This document shows positions 35,905 to 40,522 of a stretch of 40,522 bases of DNA, piece by piece (position 1 is the first letter of the stretch; every line of letters begins with the position of its first letter). Made by a program: the position numbers and the translations under genes. The DNA is taken from the NCBI RefSeq assembly GCF_001194135.2, contig NC_069005.1, positions 10,153,529 through 10,194,050 of the forward strand, read 5' to 3'. This stretch comes from Octopus bimaculoides. Its lineage: Eukaryota. The notes below the pieces were generated by a model. The model made no database searches, had not been told where the DNA came from, and worked only from the letters and a program-made list of their open reading frames with translations.

Positions 35905-36742
35905 CATTTATTTGCGACAAGGGTGAAGGATGAGGTGGGGTGTGCAATACAAAGACAGACATAAAGAGTGGGGGTTTACATATAATAAAATAAAAAAAAG
36001 GTAAGTATATATGGTATACATTGAAGAAGAAGGGTCATATACATAACATACAAAGGTTAAAAAAAGGTAGCGATGAGGATGATAGAGATGTAGCCCTTCT
36101 GATACAGGATGAGAGCTAGGGATAATCGATTTCCCTGAACCAATTCCTTCTCTCCGACTTACAGGTCTACACTGAGGTACCATCCACTCTTGGTATTTTC
36201 TCAGCTTTCAGCCACCTTTCAATAAACTCACTCGAGGAGAGCACTTCCCTCTCCACTCTCACTTTTCTTTTCAAGTGAAACTTGAAGAAATCAATGAGAC
36301 CTCTACCAAAGAGGGTTGTATCTGTCCTGATGCCTTTCAGCGTTGTCCACTAAACAAACTCTTTCGCCACAGCCACCAGGCAAAAGAAAACTGCCTTACC
36401 TAGTCGACTGAAGGAGGGCCGCGGGGCGATCATTATTATAAACTCTCCTGACAAGTGGATCCGTTCCACACGTGCAGCAGCTGTTCGACATAAACCCACA
36501 AGTCAGCAATGCCCGGTCACCGAACGAGAGCGTGCAGAACGGTTTCGTCACTCTGCGCGCACATCGGACAACATCTGTGCCTGTAGAGTTTATCTCGTAC
36601 CGCTAGCGGTACCCGGTAGCACTGTCGGGCCAAGGACATCTAGGAATTATCCATGATAATTCCCGACCGGAAAGTCCCGGAACAGACTAGTAGTTTGTTT
36701 TCCTCGGTGCCCAGAGTCTCCCTGAGAACGTTGTCGCATGTC
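35905..36742 (-). mobile_element. Tx1/L1-clade LINE 3' end (ORF2 C-terminus and 3' UTR)
   Basis: Minus strand ...PLAVRDKLYRH...CPMCAQSDETVLHALVR*PGIADLWVYVEQLL...FFCLVAVAKEFV*W...FFKFHLKRKVRVEREVLSSSEFIERW..; CxxC-E-T-xxH-xxx-C zinc knuckle at about 36520-36570; pyrimidine-rich UTR ending in AATAAA. Confidence 0.85.
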
Positions 36743-36859
36743 CCCGTTACTAATCTTCTATAAATTTCTAAAGCGGAATATCCACAGATCCCATTGCCCG
36801 ATTGGTAGAGGCAAACTCCATCTCGGTGGAATAAAAAAGATAATAGTTATTATAATCCT

Positions 36860-37025
36860 TTCTGTTATAATCCTGAAATTTTGGGGAATGTGCTCAACTG
36901 GTATTCATTTTATAGACCCCCGAAAGGATGCCATCAGCAGAATTTGAACATGGAACGTAAAGGCGGGCGAAATGTTGCTATGCATTTTGTCTGGCATGCT
37001 AACGATTCGGCCAACTCTCTGCCAT
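36860..37025 (-). mobile_element. SINE family D copy with deletions
   Basis: CCTGAAATTTTGGGG...CAACTGGTA...GACCCCCGAAAGGATG...GAATTTGAAC...AACGTAAAG...GCATTTTGTCTGGC.TGCTAACGATTC.GCCAACTC. Confidence 0.8.
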
Positions 37026-37284
37026 GATAACAACAACAATAGCAAGATCAATATCACTATCATGTTTTCTCAATCGACGATGACCAAGGATATCACGTGA
37101 GAGAAGAAGCCGGGGAGGCACAGTGTGTCCGGCTGTGGCAGATCAGTCCGATGGTTCTCGGATGATTCTGCCGCGGATCAGGTACTACTGGTCTGCTAGG
37201 ATTGAGGACGAGAAGTTGGCTCTGGACTTGCGGAGTTTACGCTTTCCTTTTGTCCCTTCAGTTTTGTTCTGGTCGTAAGGCGAG

Positions 37285-37430
37285 GTACTTAGCAGTTCGG
37301 CAAAAGAGAACCGATAGAATAAGTACTGGGCTTACAAAGAATAAGTCCTGGGGTCGATTTGTTCGACTAAAGGTGGTGCTCCAGCATGGCCGCAGTCAAA
37401 TGACTGAAACAAGTAAAAAAATAAAAGGCT
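37285..37430 (+). mobile_element. SINE family A 3' part
   Basis: CTTAGCAGTTCGGCAAAAGAGAACCGATAGAATAAGTACT...CCTGGGGTCGATTTGTTCGACTAAAGGTGGTGCTCCAGCATGGCCGCAGTCAAATGACTGAAACAAGTAAAA. Confidence 0.9.
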
Positions 37431-37504
37431 ATATATATTTTTATATATCCAATGAAAACCACAATAATTAGCACCAAATAAAAAAGGAGAATTTATCTGC
37501 AAAC

Positions 37505-38042
37505 CAGGACTACACTCAAAAACAGTTATTCTCTATGTTTTGGTGGGCCATGACGGCTGTCGCCTATTATGAGGAGTGAATCCAAAATGAGATATTATGA
37601 AGAGGTGTGGCTGTCAATTGAAAGCATTGCACAAAAGATTCCCCCCCAAAAAGCGCCATCTTTGAGAACGGCACCCTTACACGATTATGCAAGACTAAAT
37701 ATTGTTTAAGGCACTCAAGAAAACATCATAGTACTAGATATGGAAGTTCTGTGCCAATCTCCTTCCTCTCCTGGACTTGCTCCATTTGACTCTCATCTTT
37801 TCAGATCATTGCAACATCGTTTAGAGGGAAAACTGTTATCGATATTAAAGTGGTTAAGTGTTCCTTTGCTTCGAAACCGGAAGAATTTTACGCTCGAGGG
37901 GTCATCAAATTGCTGAATAGATGGGATTACGTTATCGTCAATGAGAAGGAATACTGTGTTGATTAAATATATCAGTTGCGACCAATGAAGCGTTTGTTTC
38001 TTTCCCAACTCAAAATGCGACAAGATTTTCTTTCCAACCTAA
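37505..38042 (+). mobile_element. Mariner transposase catalytic/C-terminal remnant with right TIR
   Basis: HDYAR...TQENII.LDMEVL.Q.P.SPGLAPFDSHLFRSLQHRLEGK...FASKPEEFYARGVIKLLNRW..VIVNEKEY..D*; ends TTTCCAACCTAA|TA (rc TTAGGTTGG, mariner TIR). Confidence 0.9.
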
Positions 38043-39239
38043 TATATTACGGTGTTAGTTGACTATAGCCGTGATATATTCCGATATATATATATCGGAA
38101 TATATTTTGCCACTACTAATTAGTATAGACACTATGTACTATATTCACATGTACGGTCAGAATTTGATGTTATTTTCTATTCGTATTACATCTAAATATG
38201 TGGCCTGTATTAACTTGTATTTTTTATTAATATCTATGACATCTACAAACATAGTGAGTATTTTTTCAATATATATTTTGTCCAGATAATTCTAATATTT
38301 CGTACTTCTAGTTATTACTATATCCAGCAATATTTGAAACTGCATTCTATTGCCTTGTATCCTTGCGTGAGTGGTGTGTGCATGCGTGTGTGTAAGTGTG
38401 TATGTGTGTATGAGTATCTTCAAAGATACTCCCCCAAGTGCGTGCGTGTGTATATGAGTGTGTAAGGGGGTGGAGTTTGGAAGAGCGAACATATTTCTAT
38501 TGAATTTCATTTCTCGTGTAACTGATTTCATTTCTAATACATCCTTTAGTTGTCGTCTAACATATGACATGTTAAATAGAGCTGATCGGTATGAATAATA
38601 CACAAATAAAGAGATAAGGAAACACAATGGACGTCCGAAAAAAGCAAAAATCTAATATCATCGGTTGTGGTATGAAATCTAATGAACCCTGTTTAATCAG
38701 GTCTACACCTTCAATTGATTTTGAGATTAACAGGGCGAAAACAAAAGCGATCAATCATGATGAGTACAGAGACAAAAAATAATATATATATATACCCCTG
38801 TGCTGCTTAATCCCTTGGTGGTTTTATAGGACGGAAGAGTGGATTAATAATAGTGATGTCACAAATAGGAACACAAAGTGTTTTGTTTTTTCCCCTTTCA
38901 TGTAGGATTTTTTTCGTATTGTTGTTGTTGTTGTTGTTGTTGCTTTTGTTGAGTCTACAGAAACGTGTAGCACTTAAGTCCTGGGTTAAACTACTGTCAG
39001 TCGGAAACTTTAGGAAATATATTGTCAAGAATGGGGGAAATCGCGATGGTTGGTGTCCAGGAGAAGAAGGACTGGATGGACCTGGTGATTATTACGAGTC
39101 CCTCCAATCATTCGAGGTAAAGTAAAGTGTGTGTGGACGTTGGAGTGTCGACGTCAAGGACTAGGAACCATGGAGCTAGTCACCCGGTTGCTATGGAGTG
39201 TAAGTGACCGATTTCATAAGATTTCTTCCCCTAAAGGGG

Positions 39240-39405
39240 ATGCCATCGTCATAATGTCATTCATTTACAGCTGTTCAGATTGGTGCAACATGGAAGGACA
39301 TATTTTGGGTCAATGACAAAAGAAGCCACCCAGCCTGGGAAACGAAACCACGCTCTTGCAACATTGAGAGCAACTCCCTATCCATTAGGCCAAGCACCTT
39401 CGCTG
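39240..39405 (-). mobile_element. Degenerate CORE-like SINE head
   Basis: CATTTACAGCTG...GCAAC...CTGGGAAACGAAACCACG...CCCTATCCATTAGGCCA.GC.CCTTC parallels the family B/C head. Confidence 0.55.
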
Positions 39406-39429
39406 ACACTTTCAAAAGGAAATATAGAT

Positions 39430-39490
39430 TAATATTGGTTTCAAATTTTGGCACAAGGCCCGCAAGTTCTGAGGAGGGGGGCAAGTATGT
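39430..39490 (-). mobile_element. SINE family D 3' tail
   Basis: GGTTTCAAATTTTGGCACAAGGCC.GCAA.TT..GAGG.GGGGG.AAGT. Confidence 0.7.
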
Positions 39491-39649
39491 TATTTAAAGA
39501 TGAATTCAGAAAACGGAGGGGGGGGGGCACAAAATAAAATGAAAGCAGAACTGTATACANNNNNNNNNNGGCAAGTATGTTATTTAAAGATGAATTCAGA
39601 AAACGGAGGGGGGGGGGCACAAAATAAAATGAAAGCAGAACTGTATACA
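39480..39649. other. Assembly artefact: 80-bp duplication across a 10-N gap
   Basis: 39480-39559 is identical to 39570-39649. Confidence 0.85.
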
Positions 39650-39674
39650 GTACGGAGTGCAAAGAAGAAGAACA

Positions 39675-40055
39675 AAAGAGAACAACATAACAACAATAGA
39701 ATTTTGATCAACAAGAGAATTATCATTATCAGCAGCAGCAGCAGCAGCAGTAGCAGCAGAAGCGGTGGAAGCGGTGGAAGCAGCTGTGGTAGCGGCATCG
39801 TCACTATTATCAGCACCAACACCATCATCACTATCCCCCCTTCTCCGCCTCTTCTTCTTCTTCTTAGACGTCCTCTCCCTGTTCCTCCTCCTCCTCATCA
39901 TCATCATCCTCACCGTCAACATCATTGTCATCATCGTCATCTCCATCGCCATCATCGCATTCATTATCGCCCTCAACGTCATCACTAACACCAGCATCAT
40001 CGTCATCATCATCGTCACCACCACCATCACCATCACCATCACCACCACCCCCATC
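39675..40055. repeat. (CAG/CAT/CTT/CCT)n trinucleotide tract
   Basis: Directly visible. Confidence 0.9.
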
Positions 40056-40152
40056 AGTGGTCTGCTACCACCAACTTCGAAGATGTGGAGATCAAGATAA
40101 TTAAAAGTATGTTTCTTGAAGGTAACACCACAGCCATTAATTAATGTAATTT

Positions 40153-40160
40153 GCGCGCGC

Positions 40161-40208
<48 letters not shown>
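40153..40208. repeat. (GC)11(GT)17 alternating purine-pyrimidine tract
   Basis: Directly visible. Confidence 0.95.
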
Positions 40209-40212
<4 letters not shown>

Positions 40213-40344
40213 GGGAAGAAGGCATAACGAGTTGATGTGAGCGTCTCCACATTACTTGCATCGTAAGCGATTTTCCGAAGTTTGTGTTCACAGTGTGAGA
40301 TAGTTTGGCTTCTTTTCAATATTTTATTATTAGCAACAATTATA

Positions 40345-40522
40345 AGGTGGCGAGCTGACAAAATCTTTTTCCGCGCCGAATAAAAATGTTTAATGTCAGT
40401 TAGTTCCAGGTTTAAATTCTGAGTTCTTAATCCACCGGGTTTGACTTCGCTTTGCGTCCTTTCGCGGTCGATAAAAAAAGGTACAGTCACGCTGTAGGGG
40501 TCGATCTAAGTGATTAACACCC
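40345..40522 (+). mobile_element. SINE family D copy running off the window end
   Basis: AAGGTGGCGAGCTGACA.AATC...TTCTGAGTTC..AATCC.CCG.G.TTGACTT.GC.TT..GTCCTTTCG.GGTCGATAAAA.AAG.TAC. Confidence 0.75.

Noticed and set aside
39480-39649. Tandem duplications flanking 10-N gaps (also 448-552)
   Set aside because: Typical unmerged contig overlaps, not biological repeats.

Overview
AT-rich, gap-containing (scaffold N runs) eukaryotic genomic DNA with no recognisable host protein-coding gene, rRNA, functional tRNA or CRISPR array. Nearly all ORFs in the track are translations of (TA)n/(CA)n/(TG)n microsatellites, trinucleotide tracts or N gaps. The microsatellite load and the SINE families resemble, from memory and not from a search, an octopus (coleoid cephalopod) genome; the window looks like a large intron or intergenic region. 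Supported content: many tRNA-derived SINE copies from several families; decayed retroelements (Penelope-like RT, RLE-clade LINE RT and endonuclease pieces, a Tx1/L1 3' end); several mariner remnants; a complete Merlin-like MITE (8-bp TSD, long TIRs, internal CCCTAA repeats) beside a hAT-like element carrying a nested SINE; a hairpin MITE; and a 14-bp minisatellite. The most notable signal is five dispersed type I hammerhead-ribozyme-like motifs. Four have the minimal Penelope-type architecture, and two of those form a ~260-bp inverted-repeat unit whose separate lesions reconstruct an intact ribozyme. Every copy deviates from the canonical core, so activity is not claimed. All coordinates and alignments were read by eye.
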